A DNA stretch of 64,000 nucleotides from Eledone cirrhosa (GCA_964016885.1 OZ024766.1:4402001-4466000), one strand, 5' to 3'; positions 12,235-26,557 are shown, counted from the stretch's first letter. Numbers and translations: made by a program. Notes: generated from the sequence alone by a model not told the origin.

Positions 12235-14436
12235 TATATATCATCAATATTTCACGTGAATTTTATATATATATATATATATATGCAAGCAGGGAAAAGC
12301 GGACGTAAAATGATGATGATATATATGCGTGAACTCTATTGCATTGAGCATTTAACCAACTGTGAAGCAGCTTAACTACTTATACACACACACGAAAACA
12401 GTAAGGAGGAGATGAAACAAAAAAGCTAGCTGTACTGTTGAAATGGGCGTTAAACGTTAATGATTTATATATAGTCATCTCTCTATGTATAGATAAATAG
12501 AAAGAGTGAGGGATATACATATCTCCATGACTAAAGAAAGAAAGCTACTTCGGGGTGACAAGATACGAATCTGTGGCTAAAGAATAAGAAGATACACCAA
12601 CGTTAATGGCGGACAAAGAAAAAATGATGAAATCTTTGGAAATTCTTATTCAACAACAACAAAGAGATTATTTCTTTGGTTGTTTAATAAAATATAAGAA
12701 GACAACACATTGATTACATGTGAAGAGGGTAAGTTGAGAAAGATTTACTTGAAGTCTATAATAATGTGTGTAAATAATAGAATTATGTGAACCTTTCAAC
12801 GATACAGTAATTATATACAAGTGAAAATATTTAACAACTTTGGACATATTTCTTCCTCGTCACTTTTATATACAGGAAAATACTTCTAGACTGAAATGTT
12901 GTCTTATTTTACAATAGCTAGATTCTACTGTTACATGTGATATAAAATAGATTGTTATTATGACTGTCTTACAAATAACATGATTTATTAAAAATATTTT
13001 GAAGTGAACGGGTCATGGGTGGTCTAGTTTTCTCTAATTCTTATTACCTTGGCACATATAATCTCACACGTATCGTTCGACTTCCAAATATTGAAACTTA
13101 TTTGCTAGTTATATTATAAATATATATAATTGTTTCTACTTTAGGCACAAGGCCAGCAAATTAACCAGTGCATTACTGGTACTTTATTTTATCGACCCCG
13201 ATGCGTGTGTGTTAGGTAATTCCGAAGAAAAAGCAAAGGAAAAAAGAGTGCTCTATGTATAGAACAGAGCTATTTAATTAGAAAGTGATCAACATAAAAT
13301 ATAACTACTCCATTACCAAAGTTTTCTGGATCCCAGACAATATTAATCTAGTAGTTATATCTTGTGTTGTTCACTTTCTAAATATATATATTCCCTGCCA
13401 ACTTTTCAGAAAGCATGATGGAAGAAATTTTACTCAAACATTCGATTTTGATTTTAATTTTAAACCTTTTTTTATTCTTTCCAACCCTTTTTAATTAACT
13501 TTTTTCACTGAATTTGACAAGATGGATTTTAATAGATCGAAACTGGTAATTTTCTCATACACTTTATATACTTCATAAGAAATTTTTCAAAAAAGAATTG
13601 TCCCTCTTTTTTTATATAACACTATCTTTTCAGTAATGTCACTTTGACGAATCAAAAAAGAAAAACAAACCCTTAAATATATCTCCCGTGCTATTTCCAA
13701 CTTCATCTTTTCTCTCTCTATATATATATATATATAGATATCATCATCATCATCATCATCATTTTATGTCCGCTTTTCCCCTTCTTGCAATGGTGGGACG
13801 GGAACTGACTCTGGCTTGATTTCTACAGCTGGATGCCCTACGTGTGGTTGATATCTTCTGCTATAAAGGAGGAGCCGGGTGCACTGAGAGTAGAATAGCT
13901 GGAATATGAATAGATATATGCTGTATATATAATATATATATACACACACATGGTGTATACACTTTTACACCTTGAGTTGGAGAAATAGATTTGAAAAGTT
14001 TAATTATTCAGCTGAAAGTTTATATATAGTTTATCAATATAGAAATGTAAAATTGTTTTCTCTGTTATTTCAGAATATCACATGACATTGACAGAAGAGA
14101 AATTTTAACTTCAGATACAACATCAATATCATTGTTTAAAAGACTAACACAAGATTTTACACAGTATTCATATAAGTCTTTTTATATCAGCATTTGATTA
14201 CTTATAGTGAAATATTTCTTCTGAACTGAGGTTGATAGAAAGATTTCTTTTCTTCACTATCTGGAAAGTGTACAAGAAGATATTGTAAAGGAATTTGCAT
14301 CATTTTCAGAACTCAACAAAGACCCAAGTTGATGGAAATTTAACTTTGAAAATATTTATTAGGAATAAACTATAAAAAGAAGACCAAGAAAAAACATTCT
14401 TATTTTCTGCTGTGGAAAATATTTTTCCCTGAAGAG

Positions 14437-15558
14437 ATGTCAAAGAGGAACAAAAAATCATCATACCACTGTGATATCTGTGGTAAATCATTCCCGTGTA
14501 CAGGTGACTTAACTAGACATATACATAGTCATACAGGAGAGAAGCCTCATCAGTGTGATATCTGTGGTAAATCATTCTCTTGGGTAGGTACTTTAACGAT
14601 ACACAAATATACTCATACAGGAGAGAAGCCTCATCACTGTGATATCTGTGGTAAATCATTCTCGTGTACAGGTCACTTAACTAGTCACATACGTATTCAT
14701 ACAGGAGAGAAGCCTTATCACTGTGATATCTGTGGTAAATCATTCTCTGTGTCGGGCCAATTAACTAACCACTTACGTATTCATTCAGGAGAGAAACCGT
14801 ATCACTGTGAAATCTGTGGTAAGTCATTCTCTCAGTCAAGTAGTTTATCTCGACATAGATATATCCATACAGGAGAGAAACCTTATCGCTGTGATATCTG
14901 TGGTGAATCTTTCCCTGAGTCACGTAGGTTAATTAGTCACAAATATATCCATACAGGAGAGGAACCTTATCGCTGTGATATCTGTGGTAAATCATTTTCT
15001 CTGTCAGGTGACTTAACTCAACACATACGTATTCATACAGGAGAGAAACCTTATAACTGTGATATCTGTGGTAAATCATTCTCTCGCCCAGGTAACTTAA
15101 CTGTACATAAATATAGTCATACAGGGGAGAAACTTCATCACTGTGAAATCTGTGGTAAGTCATTCTCTCACTCAGGTAGCCTAACTCGACATAGATATAT
15201 TCATACAGGAGAGAAACCTCTTCAATGTGATATCTGTGGTGAATCTTTCTCTCAGTCACGTAGGTTAATTAGTCACAAATATATTCATACTGGAGAGAAA
15301 CCATATCACTGTGATGTCTGTGGTAAATCATTTTCTGAGTCAAGTCGCTTAACTCAACACTTATACATTCATACAGGAGAGAAACCTTATAACTGTGATA
15401 TCTGTGGTAAATCATTCTCTCGCCCAGGTAACTTAACTGTACATAAATATATTCATACAGGAGAGAAACCTCATCAGTGTGATAACTGTGGTAAATCATT
15501 CTCTCACTCAGGTAACTTAACTAGACACATGCGTCTACATACAGCCTCATCACTGTGA
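14437..15558 (+). CDS. C2H2 zinc-finger protein, 13 fingers (gene 3)
   Basis: 373-aa ORF; differs from gene 2 only at one linker (HIGEKP vs HTGEKP) in the provided translations. Confidence 0.93.
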   Translation: MSKRNKKSSYHCDICGKSFPCTGDLTRHIHSHTGEKPHQCDICGKSFSWVGTLTIHKYTHTGEKPHHCDICGKSFSCTGHLTSHIRIHTGEKPYHCDICGKSFSVSGQLTNHLRIHSGEKPYHCEICGKSFSQSSSLSRHRYIHTGEKPYRCDICGESFPESRRLISHKYIHTGEEPYRCDICGKSFSLSGDLTQHIRIHTGEKPYNCDICGKSFSRPGNLTVHKYSHTGEKLHHCEICGKSFSHSGSLTRHRYIHTGEKPLQCDICGESFSQSRRLISHKYIHTGEKPYHCDVCGKSFSESSRLTQHLYIHTGEKPYNCDICGKSFSRPGNLTVHKYIHTGEKPHQCDNCGKSFSHSGNLTRHMRLHTASSL

Positions 15559-17442
15559 TATCTGTGGTAAATCATTCTCTCATACAGGTCACTTAAACAT
15601 ACACGGATGTATTCATACAGGAGAGAAATCTTGTGACTGATGTTTGTAGTAAGTCATTCCCTCATTAAAGTAGCCTTAGCTAAACACAAATATATACATA
15701 GAGGAGAGATGTCACATTGTCAAGTTAAAACATTTTAACTTGACAATGTGACATGTCCTTCATCTTACAAATATAAACTTATTGTCAACTAACATCACAA
15801 GGAAACCCTTAGTATTTCTACAGCTTCTAAATATCGCTTTCCATTTTTTTCATTTTATTTTTAAATGGAATTAAAGTCATTCTCATGTCTGATAGTTGTC
15901 TTCTTAAATTTAATTTTTGGCCTCACCCACATTCCCTGTTGTAGTGTGTAATTGAGGGACCCTCTATCCCTGACATAATGCTGTAACTGGCCTCAAGAAA
16001 TATTTAGAGGCCAACACTCACATTCCTTGTTGTAGTGTATAATTGGGGGACCCTTTATCCTATGACATAATGCTGTAACTGGCCTCAAGATAGATTTAGA
16101 GGCCAACACCTACATTCCCTGTAGTGAATAACTGAAGGAGTATGTGTATCTTTTTCTTTGTCTTTGTATTGATTTGTTTCTTTTTGAAAACATTCATTTG
16201 TTTTTCATAAATTATTCTATAAATTGTATTAATGTCTTAAATTTCAATCCCTGTTTTGTTAATAAAAGATTTATATTTGAGGAATTTGTCAAGTCAGTCA
16301 TTTCAACTTGCTCCGATGGATGTGTATTAGTATTCTGCATGAATGGCAATGAGAAACTGGGCATAAGAGTAGTCAGATGCAGTGTAGAGATGAAGAGACT
16401 GCGATGCTATGATGCATATGAAGGATGATAAAAAGGTGCAGGGTACTCAAAGTTGAAGTAAGCATTGGAGGAAGGAGACCTATGAAAGCTTGGGATGAGG
16501 TGATAGAAGCTGACCTCACACAATAGCACCTCTGATAGGTGATAACATAGGATTGAGATCTTTGGCATTATGCAGTACTGCAGAAGTCCTGACTTCCCCT
16601 GTGCTTTAGATGAAGCAACATCTAGAGGTGTACAGTATAAACCACTTCTTCCTCCCCGATCCATACCCCTGCTATATCTTAACACTCTACCCATCACCAC
16701 CTAAGTAACCTACCCTCAATCTACCTCTCCAATCCCCACCCATCTTATACATATATATATATATGCACCACCACCCCCACTTTCCACATCTGGGGAACGT
16801 CTTTAGACAAAACCATGTATACAAACAGAAAGATAAACACCCTCTCCCACAATGCTGCTGAAATGGCTGAAGCTCTCAGTCAACCCTGTAAGGGGGTCAT
16901 GCTGGTGACACCACCAAAACCCCTAGTCCACCATCTAAGGTGCTCATGTTGGTGCCATGACAAAAGAGTACCTAGTCCTCCCTGTCAGGTAACATGACAA
17001 AAGAGCAGTTAACCCTCCTGGGCAGGTAGTTGTGCTTGTGACATGACAAATAAGCAGCCAGTCCAGTCTGTAAGGTGGTCCTATTGGTGACACAACCAAG
17101 GTCACCCATCCCAATCTGTTAAGTAGTCATGTTGGTGGCATAGCTGAAAGCACCTGGTCCACCCTGTGGAGTAGCTGCTTTGGTAGCACGATAAGACTCA
17201 CCCAGTCCTTGCTGTAAAGTGGTCGTGTTAGGGCCTCAAGAATGAATGCCCTGTCCACCGTGTAAATTCCACACTGTAAATATAATTAGCGCTAGGAAAG
17301 AAATCCAGCCGTAGAAACCAAAGTGGAGACAGTTCTGAATGAGCAAAACACCATTATCTAATCTGACACGGCTCACAACAGGAAAACTCGTCTAACCCAT
17401 TCTAGCGTGGGAAAAATTCACGTGAAATATTGATGATATATA

Positions 17443-17485
<43 letters not shown>

Positions 17486-18967
17486 TCAATATTTCACGTG
17501 AATTTTATATATATATATATATATATATGCAAGCAGGGAAAAGCGGACGTAAAATGATGATGATATATATGCGTGAACTCTATTGCATTGAGCATTTAAC
17601 CAACTGTGAAGCAGCTTAACTACTTATACACACACACGAAAACAGTAAGGAGGAGATAAAACAAAAAAGCTAGCTGTACTGTTGAAATGGGCGTTAAACG
17701 TTAATGATTTATATATAGTCATCTCTCTATGTATAGATAAATAGAAAGAGTGAGGGATATACATATCTCCATGACTAAAGAAAGAAAGCTACTTCGGGGT
17801 GACAAGATACGAATCTGTGGCTAAAGAATAAGAAGATACACCAACGTTAATGGCGGACAAAGAAAAAATGATGAAATCTTTGGAAATTCTTATTCAACAA
17901 CAACAAAGAGATTATTTCTTTGGTTGTTTAATAAAATATAAGAAGACAACACATTGATTACATGTGAAGAGGGTAAGTTGAGAAAGATTTACTTGAAGTC
18001 TATAATAATGTGTGTAAATAATAGAATTATGTGAACCTTTCAACGATACAGTAATTATATACAAGTGAAAATATTTAACAACTTTGGACATATTTCTTCC
18101 TCGTCACTTTTATATACAGGAAAATACTTCTAGACTGAAATGTTGTCTTATTTTACAATAGCTAGATTCTACTGTTACATGTGATATAAAATAGATTGTT
18201 ATTATGACTGTCTTACAAATAACATGATTTATTAAAAATATTTTGAAGTGAACGGGTCATGGGTGGTCTAGTTTTCTCTAATTCTTATTACCTTGGCACA
18301 TATAATCTCACACGTATCGTTCGACTTCCAAATATTGAAACTTATTTGCTAGTTATATTATAAATATATATAATTGTTTCTACTTTAGGCACAAGGCCAG
18401 CAATTAACCAGTGCATTACTGGTACTTTATTTTATCGACCCCGATGCGTGTGTGTTAGGTAATTCCGAAGAAAAAGCAAAGGAAAAAAGAGTGCTCTATG
18501 TATAGAACAGAGCTATTTAATTAGAAAGTGATCAACATAAAATATAACTACTCCATTACTAAAGGTTTCTGGATCCCAGACAATATTAATCTAGTAGTTA
18601 TATCTTGTGTTGTTCACTTTCTAAATATATATATTCCCTGCCAACTTTTCAGAAAGCATGATGGAAGAAATTTTACTCAAACATTCGATTTTGATTTTAA
18701 TTTTAAACCTTTTTTTATTCTTTCCAACCCTTTTTAATTAACTTTTTTCACTGAATTTGACAAGATGGATTTTAATACATCGAAACCGGTAATTTTCTCA
18801 TACACTTTATATACTTCATAAGAAATTTAAAAAAAAAGAATTGTCCCTCTCTTTTTTTATATAACACTATCTTTTCAATAATGTCACTTTGACGAATCAA
18901 AAAAGAAAAACAAACTCTTAAATATATCTCCCGTGCTATTTCCAACTTCATCTCTCTCTCTCTCTCT

Positions 18968-20090
18968 CATCATCATCATCATCATCATCATCATCAACGT
19001 TTAACGTCCGTGTTCCACGCTTGCATGGGTTTGGACGGGGGTAGTCCCACTTGAGGCAAGAGTGATTGTCTTGCTCGCATAGGACCGTCTGGCAGGCTTT
19101 CTACAGTTGGATGCCCTTCCTAACACCATCCACATTTACAGTGTGGGTCTGGGAGGTTTTTACCGTGTTGCCTACACGGCCACATTACAGCGTGGACTGT
19201 GTGTTTTTTTGTCGTGACACCTACACGATCTCATTTGTTTCGGCCTGGATGGTGTGGCACCAACATAACTTTACATAGAACGGGGTGGTGTGGATGGGGT
19301 GGGGGTGGTGGGACGGGGGGGGGGGGGGTTATTTTGTTAGAGATGCCTACTGGCTGTAGTAGGTTTTACTATGTATTTAGGTAAGGCGGGTCTTCTCTGT
19401 TACTGAGTACCGCCAAAGGTCTCGGTCCAGTGACATTGTCTTGGAGAGGTGTAAGTGTGTGAGGTCGGAGTTTATCAGCTCGTCCCAGGTTTTTCTAGGT
19501 CTGCCTATTCCGTGGCTACCGTCTATCTTTATTGCCCTGCACTTTGTTATACAGCTATCGACTTTCATTCGCATCACGTGTCCGTACCAACGTAGCCTTC
19601 TCTCGAGTAAACAACATCTGATCCCTCTTATCTCTAATTTTTTCCTTAGTTCGTTTATGCTTTGCCGTTCACGTATATTACTGTTACACATCCAGCAGAG
19701 CATGCAAGCTTCGTTCCTCTCTAGTCTGCGTATATCCTCTGCACACAATGCCCAGGTCTCACTGCCATGCAACATTGCTGTTCGTATGCAGGCATCGTAC
19801 AACCTGCCTTTCATTTTTAGGGAGAACCCTTTAGCAGCTAATAGTGGTATAAGCTCTCTGAACTTTTTCCAACCAGTTCTGACTCTAGCTACTGTACTTT
19901 CAGAGCACCCTCCCCCACTGCTGATTTTATCGCCCTGGTAACGGAAACTGTCCACTATTTCTATAGAACCCTCTGCACAATTGAAAGAGCTAGTATTTTG
20001 TGGGCACTTGCTGCTACTTATTGCACCAGAGCACCGGCCACATGTAAAATCTATGTTCTTAGTTAGCTTACCTGTGATCCCACTACATCT
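18968..20090 (-). mobile_element. 5'-truncated RTE-clade LINE insertion in the intron of gene 4
   Basis: ORF 19377-19955 (FRYQGD...ARVRTGWKKF...HGSETW...RRLRWYGHVMR...GRPRKTW) is an RT C-terminus. It is followed by a ~400-bp 3' UTR and a (GAT)n tail, and is absent from the other three units. Confidence 0.9.
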
Positions 20091-20838
20091 TTTTATATAT
20101 AGATATATATCATCATCATCATCATTTTATGTCCGCTTTTCCCCTTTTTGCAAGGGTGGGACGGGAACTGACTCTGGCTTGATTTCTACAGCTGGATGCC
20201 CTTCTTGTGGTTGATATCTTCTGCTATAAAGGTGACGCCCCGAGTTAGCAGAGGAGGTGGGTGCACTGAGAGTAGAATAGCTGGAATATGAATAGATATA
20301 TGCTGTATATATAATATACACTTTTACACCTTGAGTTGGAGAAATAGATTTGAAAAGTTAAATTATTCAGCTGAAAGTTTATATATAGTTTATCAATATA
20401 GAAATGTAAAATTTCCATTATTGAATCACATTTCAACATTCTCCATATCTTATTTTGTTTTCTCTGTTATTTCAGAATAGCACATGACATTGACTGAAGA
20501 GAAATTTTAACTTCAGATACAACATCAATATCATTGTTTAAAAGACTAACACAAGATTTTACACACTATTCATATAAGTCTTTTTATATCCACATTTGAT
20601 TACTTATAGTGAAATATTTCTTCTGAACTGAGGTTGATAGAAAGATTTCTTTTCTTCACTATCTGGAAAGTGTACAAGAAGATATTGTAAAGGAATTTGC
20701 ATCATTTTCAGAACTCAACAAAGACCAAAGTTGATGGAAATTTAACTTTGAAAATATTTATTAGGAATAAACTATAAAAAGAAGACCAAGAAAAAACATT
20801 CTTATTTTCTGCTGTGAAAAATATTTTTCCCTGAAGAG

Positions 20839-21876
20839 ATGTCAAAGAGGAACAAAAAATCATCATACCACTGTGATATCTGTGGTAAATCATTCCCGTG
20901 TACAGGTGACTTAACTAGACATATACATAGTCATACAGGAGAGAAGCCTCATCAGTGTGATATCTGTGGTAAATCATTCTCTCGGGTAGGTACTTTAACG
21001 ATACACAAATATACTCATACAGGAGAGAAGCCTCATCACTGTGATATCTGTGGTAAATCATTCTCGTGTACAGGTCACTTAACTAGTCACATACGTATTC
21101 ATACAGGAGAGAAGCCTTATCACTGTGATATCTGTGGTAAATCATTCTCTGTGTCGGGCCAATTAACTAACCACTTACGTATTCATTCAGGAGAGAAACC
21201 GTATCACTGTGATATCTGTGGTAAGTCATTCTCCGAATCAGGTAGCCTAACTCGACATAGATATATCCATACAGGAGAGAAACCTCTTCAATGTGATATC
21301 TGTGGTGAATCTTTCTCTGAGTCACGTAGGTTAATTAGTCACAAATATATTCATACAGGAGAGAAACCTTATCGCTGTGATATCTGTGGTAAGTCATTTT
21401 CTCTGTCAGGTGACTTAACTCAACACATACGTATTCATACAGGAGAGAAACCTTATCACTGTGAAATTTGTGGTAAGGCATTCTCTCACTCAGGTCACTT
21501 AACTAAACATAAATACATACATACTGGAGAGAAACCATATCACTGTGATGTCTGTGGTAAATCATTTTCTGGGTCAAGTAGCTTAACTCGACACTTATAC
21601 ATTCATACAGGAGAGAAACCTTATAACTGTGATATCTGTGGTAAATCATTCTCTCGCCCAGGTAACTTAACTGTACATAAATATACTCATACAGTCGAGA
21701 AACCTCATCACTGTGAAATCTGTGGTAAATCATTCTCTCACTCAGGTAACTTAACTGTACATAAATATATTCATACAGGAGAGAAACCTCATCAGTGTGA
21801 TATCTGTGGTAAATCATTCTCTCGCTCAGGTAACTTAACTAGACACATGCGTCTTCATACAGCCTCATCACTGTGA
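20839..21876 (+). CDS. C2H2 zinc-finger protein, 12 fingers (gene 4)
   Basis: 345 aa = 9 + 12 x 28, with the same TASSL frameshift terminus as genes 1-3. Confidence 0.93.
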   Translation: MSKRNKKSSYHCDICGKSFPCTGDLTRHIHSHTGEKPHQCDICGKSFSRVGTLTIHKYTHTGEKPHHCDICGKSFSCTGHLTSHIRIHTGEKPYHCDICGKSFSVSGQLTNHLRIHSGEKPYHCDICGKSFSESGSLTRHRYIHTGEKPLQCDICGESFSESRRLISHKYIHTGEKPYRCDICGKSFSLSGDLTQHIRIHTGEKPYHCEICGKAFSHSGHLTKHKYIHTGEKPYHCDVCGKSFSGSSSLTRHLYIHTGEKPYNCDICGKSFSRPGNLTVHKYTHTVEKPHHCEICGKSFSHSGNLTVHKYIHTGEKPHQCDICGKSFSRSGNLTRHMRLHTASSL

Positions 21877-22254
21877 TATCTGTGGTAAATCATTCTCTCA
21901 TACAGGTCACTTAAACATACACGGATGTATTCATACAGGAGAGAAATCTTGTGACTGATGTTTGTAGTAAGTCATTCCCTCATTAAAGTAGCCCTAGCTA
22001 AACACAAATATATACATAGAGGAGAGATGTCACATATGACATGTCACATTGTCAAGTTAAAACATTTTAACTTGACAATGTGACATGTCCTTCATCTTAC
22101 AAATATAAACTTATTGTCAACTAACATCACAAGGAAACCCTTAGTATTTCTACAGCTTCTAAATATCGCTTTCCATTTTTTTTCATTTTATTTTTAAATG
22201 GAATTAAAGTCGTTCTCATGTCTGATAGTTGTCTTCTTAAATTTATTTTCTGGC

Positions 22255-22890
22255 CTCACCCACATTCCCTGTTGTAGTGTGTAATTGAGGGACCCTCTAT
22301 CCTATGACATAATGCTGTAACTGGCCTCAAGAAATATTTAGAGGGCAACACCCACATTCCCTGTTGTAGTGTGTAATTGAGGGACCCTCTATCCTATGAC
22401 ATAATGCTGTAACTGGCCTCAAGAAATATTTAGAGGGCAACACCCACATTCCCTGTTGTAGTGTGTAATTGAGGGACCCTCTATCCTATGACATAATGCT
22501 ATAACTGGCCTCAAGAAATATTTAGAGGGCAACACCCACATTCCCTGTTGTAGTGTGTAATTGAGGGACCCTTTATCCTATGACATAATGTTATAACTGG
22601 CCTCAAAAAATATTTAGAGGGCAACACCCTCATTCCCTGTTGTAGTGTGTAATTGAGGGACCCTTTATCCTATGACATAATGTTATAACTGGCCTCAAAA
22701 AATATTTAGAGGGCAACACCCTCATTCCCTGTTGTGTGTAATTGAGGGACCCTTTATCCTATGACATAATGTTATAACTGGCCTCAAAAAATATTTAGAG
22801 GGCAACACCCTCATTCCCTGTAGTGTATAATTGAGGGACCCTCTATCTCTGACCTAAAGCTGTAACTGGCCTCAAGAAATATTTAGAGGG
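22255..22890. repeat. ~92-bp minisatellite (~7 copies) downstream of gene 4
   Basis: 'cacccacattccctgttgtagtgtgtaattgagggaccctctatcc...gaaatatttagagggcaa' starts at 22349 and again at 22441. Confidence 0.9.
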
Positions 22891-23089
22891 TAATGCTGAG
22901 ATGAGGTGATAAAAGCTGACCTTGCGCAATTGAGGTTGCTGTTAGGAAGGGCGTCCAGCTGTAGTCATTTAGCCAGAAACAGTCCTATATGAGCGAGACA
23001 CAGTCACCTGACCCAACTAATGGGACAACCTGTCAAACCCATGCTAGAGTGGAAATTGGATGTTAAACAGTGATGATACATGTATGTAT

Positions 23090-24830
23090 ATCATCATCAT
23101 CATCATTTTACGGCAACTTTTCCTTCCCTTCAAGGTTTTGACGGGTCTTTTTTAACACAGCAAATCTCCATTCGTCACGGTCCTTCGTCATGTCCTCCGT
23201 GAGATTCATCAATCTGAGGTCTGCTCTCACCACTTCTGCACAAGGTTTTCGTGGCCTTCCTCTACTGTGTCTTCCTTCCACTGGGATTTCTTGGCACTTC
23301 TTTTACCCAGCAATCATCCTCCATGTACATCACATGTCCATACCTACCTAGTCTTCTCTTACGCACACTACAGTTTATCCCTCTTATAAACAGTTTCCCT
23401 TTCAACTCATCTAAGCCTGATCATTCACACACATTGACATTGGACATCCATCGAAGCATGCTTGCTTCATTTCTCTTCAGCCGTTGCATATCCTCCGCTG
23501 TTCCTGCCCATGTCTCACTACCGTGCATCTCACACAGGCATCACACAATCAAATTTCCCTCAACATCTACTGTATACGTAGTTTTCCCACTACCCCCACT
23601 ACACCCCTTGTGTACCCAAGATCTGCATTGTGTACATTCTATGCCAAATCCTTTTCTATATATCAAACATGGTCATTTCCCTGATGGAATCAGTTTTGTC
23701 CACTTTTCTACTCATCAACACTTTAGTCTTACCTAGGTTCACCCTCAGTCCTCTTGCTTCCAACTGCTGTTTCCATAGCCAGAATTTATTCTCTAGCTCC
23801 TCTACTGATTCTGCTATAAGAACCAGATCGTCAGCATAGAGAAGTTCCCATGGACAGCCAGTCTTAAACTCCTCTGTTATGGCTTGAAGAACTATAATGA
23901 GTAAGAGTATGCTGAGGACCGAACCCTGATGTACACCTACTTGTATCTGGAATTCCTCACTAAACTTCATCATTCCTACTCTCACTTTACTGACAGCACC
24001 TCTGTACATAGCTTGCACTGTCCTCACAAGCCATTGCTCTACACCTAGTTCCCTTAGGGACCACCAGATGACAGATCAGGGTACTCTATTGAAGGCCTTC
24101 ACTAGTTCAACAAAAGCTAAGTATAGTGGCTTATTCTTCTCTAAGAAGAGGGCATCTGTTCTACTTTTCCCTGGCACAAAACCAAACTGCATCTCATCTA
24201 ATTTGACCCTTTCTCTAATTAGTTGTGCTAGTATGCTTTCTGCCACTTTCATAATCTGATCCATAAGTTTTATGCCCCTATAACTGCTCCTCTCCAGACC
24301 ACCCCCTTTAGCTTTGTAGCAATTTATGAGAATACTGCTGCACCAGTCTTTGGCTATGACACCACCATATATAGCCTGATTGATTATGCGTGCAACCAGT
24401 TTAGTTCCTACTTCTCCTGATGCCTTCAGCATCTTAGCAACTATCCCCGAAGGTCCAGCGGCCTTACCATTTTTCAATTCCTTAATTGCCTCTTGGACCT
24501 TATATTCGTCAATCTCAATAGCTGGTCCCTCTGTTGGGTTTACTGGACGTTTCTCTCTCTCCCATTCCTTCTCCACATTCCTCAGTCTCTCATAATGACA
24601 TTTCCAGGCTTCCTTTTTCTGAGCATCAGTGACACTAAGTACACCGGCATCATCCCGGACATATTTATCTCCAACAACATCCTGATTTGCATTGGCACAC
24701 TGCCTTGCAATGTGGAACACCGCACGCCTCTGATCTTCCCATTGCAGAACATTGGCAAACCTCCTACTCTCAGCCTCCCTGCGTGCTAAGTTTACCTGAC
24801 GTCTAGCCTCTCTTTTAGCGGCCAGAGTTA
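23090..24830 (-). mobile_element. Degraded RTE LINE (RT domain fragments)
   Basis: ORFs 24076-24720 (GKAAGPSG...YRGIKL...QFGFVPG) and 23656-24027 (GVHQGSVLS...LLYADDL), with a (CAT)n tail near 23090. Confidence 0.9.
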
Positions 24831-24984
24831 AGTGGGGAGCTGAATGTTGGACTGATCATCGACTGGTTTGTGTAAAGATGAAGTTTGCTGTGAAAGTAAA
24901 GATTAAGATTCGTGGCCTGACTATAATAAAGAAAGTAAATGTGGCTCGTCTAAAGGATCATGCCATATATATGTGTGTATGTAT

Positions 24985-26075
24985 CATCATTGATTAACGT
25001 CCATCTTCCACACTAGCATGGGTTAGGCGGGTCCTATTTTGAGGCAAGGTGTGTCGGGTGATCGTGTCTCGCTCATATAGCGGTGTTTCTGGCTGGTTTT
25101 CTACGGTTGGATGCCAGGGTATACTGTATATATTCTTCAGTATGTACCTCGTGTGAAGTCGGGTCTTCTGTATTAATGCATATCGACAGATATCCTGGTC
25201 CTGTGTCATCTCTGAGAGGTTGAATTGGGCAAGGTCGGCTTCGTACAGCCTTCACAAGCCACTCATCTACTCCAAGTTTTTTAAGAGCCCACCAAATTAT
25301 GTCACGGGGCACTCTGTTGAAAGATTTCTCCAGATCAACATATGTTAGGTAGAGAGGCTAAATTTTAGCTAGGTACTTTCCCTGTAACTGCCTCACCAGG
25401 AAGAGGGCAGCAGTCGTGCTTTTGCCTGGTACAAATCCAAACTGTATCTCATCTAGATTTACCCTGTCCCTAATCAGCTGTACTATCACTCTTTCTGTAC
25501 CTGGTCCATCAGTTTTATACCTCTATAGTTATATCTAGCACATCTTTACCCTTATAGCAATTGACAATGATGCTATCTCGTCCTCTGATAAAGATAAAAT
25601 CTATCTGGCTAGTATGCTCCCCGGACCTATAGGTGATCAGGTGGCTGCTGGGTTTTTTAAAGTTAGTGTTACATATCAACAGGTCATTGGTGTCGCAGAA
25701 TTCTAGAAGCCTGTAACCATCTTTTCTTATGACAAACCCATAGCCTCCATGGACTCTATAGAAGCCATCACTATGTTTCCCAATGTGTCCGTTAAAGTCC
25801 CCTGTAACGAGAAGGAAGTCATTGTGATTTGTTAGAGTGGTAGTGTGCATTAGGGACTCGTAAAACCTATCCTTAAGTTCGTATGGCAACCCAGATTGGG
25901 GTGTGTATGCGGATATAATTGTGGCTATTGTTTTATTTAGGACTAGTCTGAGTTAAATGATTCTCGCGTTTACCCTGTTCACTGAGATTACCGTATCTAT
26001 CTATTTGCCAGCTAGTAGTATAACTACACCATCCAACCCAATATCATTTCCCACCCAGAAAAATTTGTAGCACTG
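24985..26075 (-). mobile_element. Rearranged RTE LINE fragments (APE endonuclease and RT pieces)
   Basis: 25515-25889 reads GDFNGHIG...HGGYG...LLEFC...NTNF...SQIDF (APE). 25073-25312 reads WWALKKLGVDEWLVKAV (RT). Confidence 0.85.
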
Positions 26076-26167
26076 TTTTTTACACACATATGTATATATA
26101 TGTATATAATTTGTCTAACTCATGCTAGCGTGGAAGAATGGACATAAAACGGTGATGATATATATAT

Positions 26168-26557
26168 ATCATCATCATCATCATCATCAACGTTTAACGT
26201 CCGTGTTCCACGCTTGCATGGGTTTGGACGGGGGTAGTCCCACTTGAGGCAAGAGTGATTGTCTTGCTCGCATAGGACTGTCTGGCAGGTTTTCTACAGT
26301 TGGATGCCCTTCCTAACACCAACCACATTTACAGTGTGGGTCTGGGAGGTTTTTACCGTGTTGCCTACACGGCCACATTACAGCGTGGACTGTGTGTTTT
26401 TTTGTCGTGACACCTACACGATCTCATTTGTTTCGGCCCGGATGGCGCGGCACCAACATAACTTTACATAGGACGGGGTGGTGTGGATGGGGTGGGGGTG
26501 GTGGTGGTGGGACGGGGTGTATTTTGTTAGAGATGCCTACTGGCAAGGCGGGTCTTC
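26168..26557 (-). mobile_element. RTE 3' UTR copy, nearly identical to 18968-19400
   Basis: Direct sequence match including the (CAT)n tail; inserted in a (TA)n tract. Confidence 0.85.

Larger units (their letters stand above)
1..22890 (+). repeat. Young tandem segmental duplication, ~5.25-kb unit, four copies each carrying one ZNF gene
   Basis: ATG offsets are 3946->9191 (5245), ->14437 (5246) and ->20839 (6402, including a ~1.15-kb insertion). The anchor 'atgaggtgatagaagctgacc' recurs near 1, 6001, 11248 and 16494, and flanks are near-identical. Confidence 0.95.
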
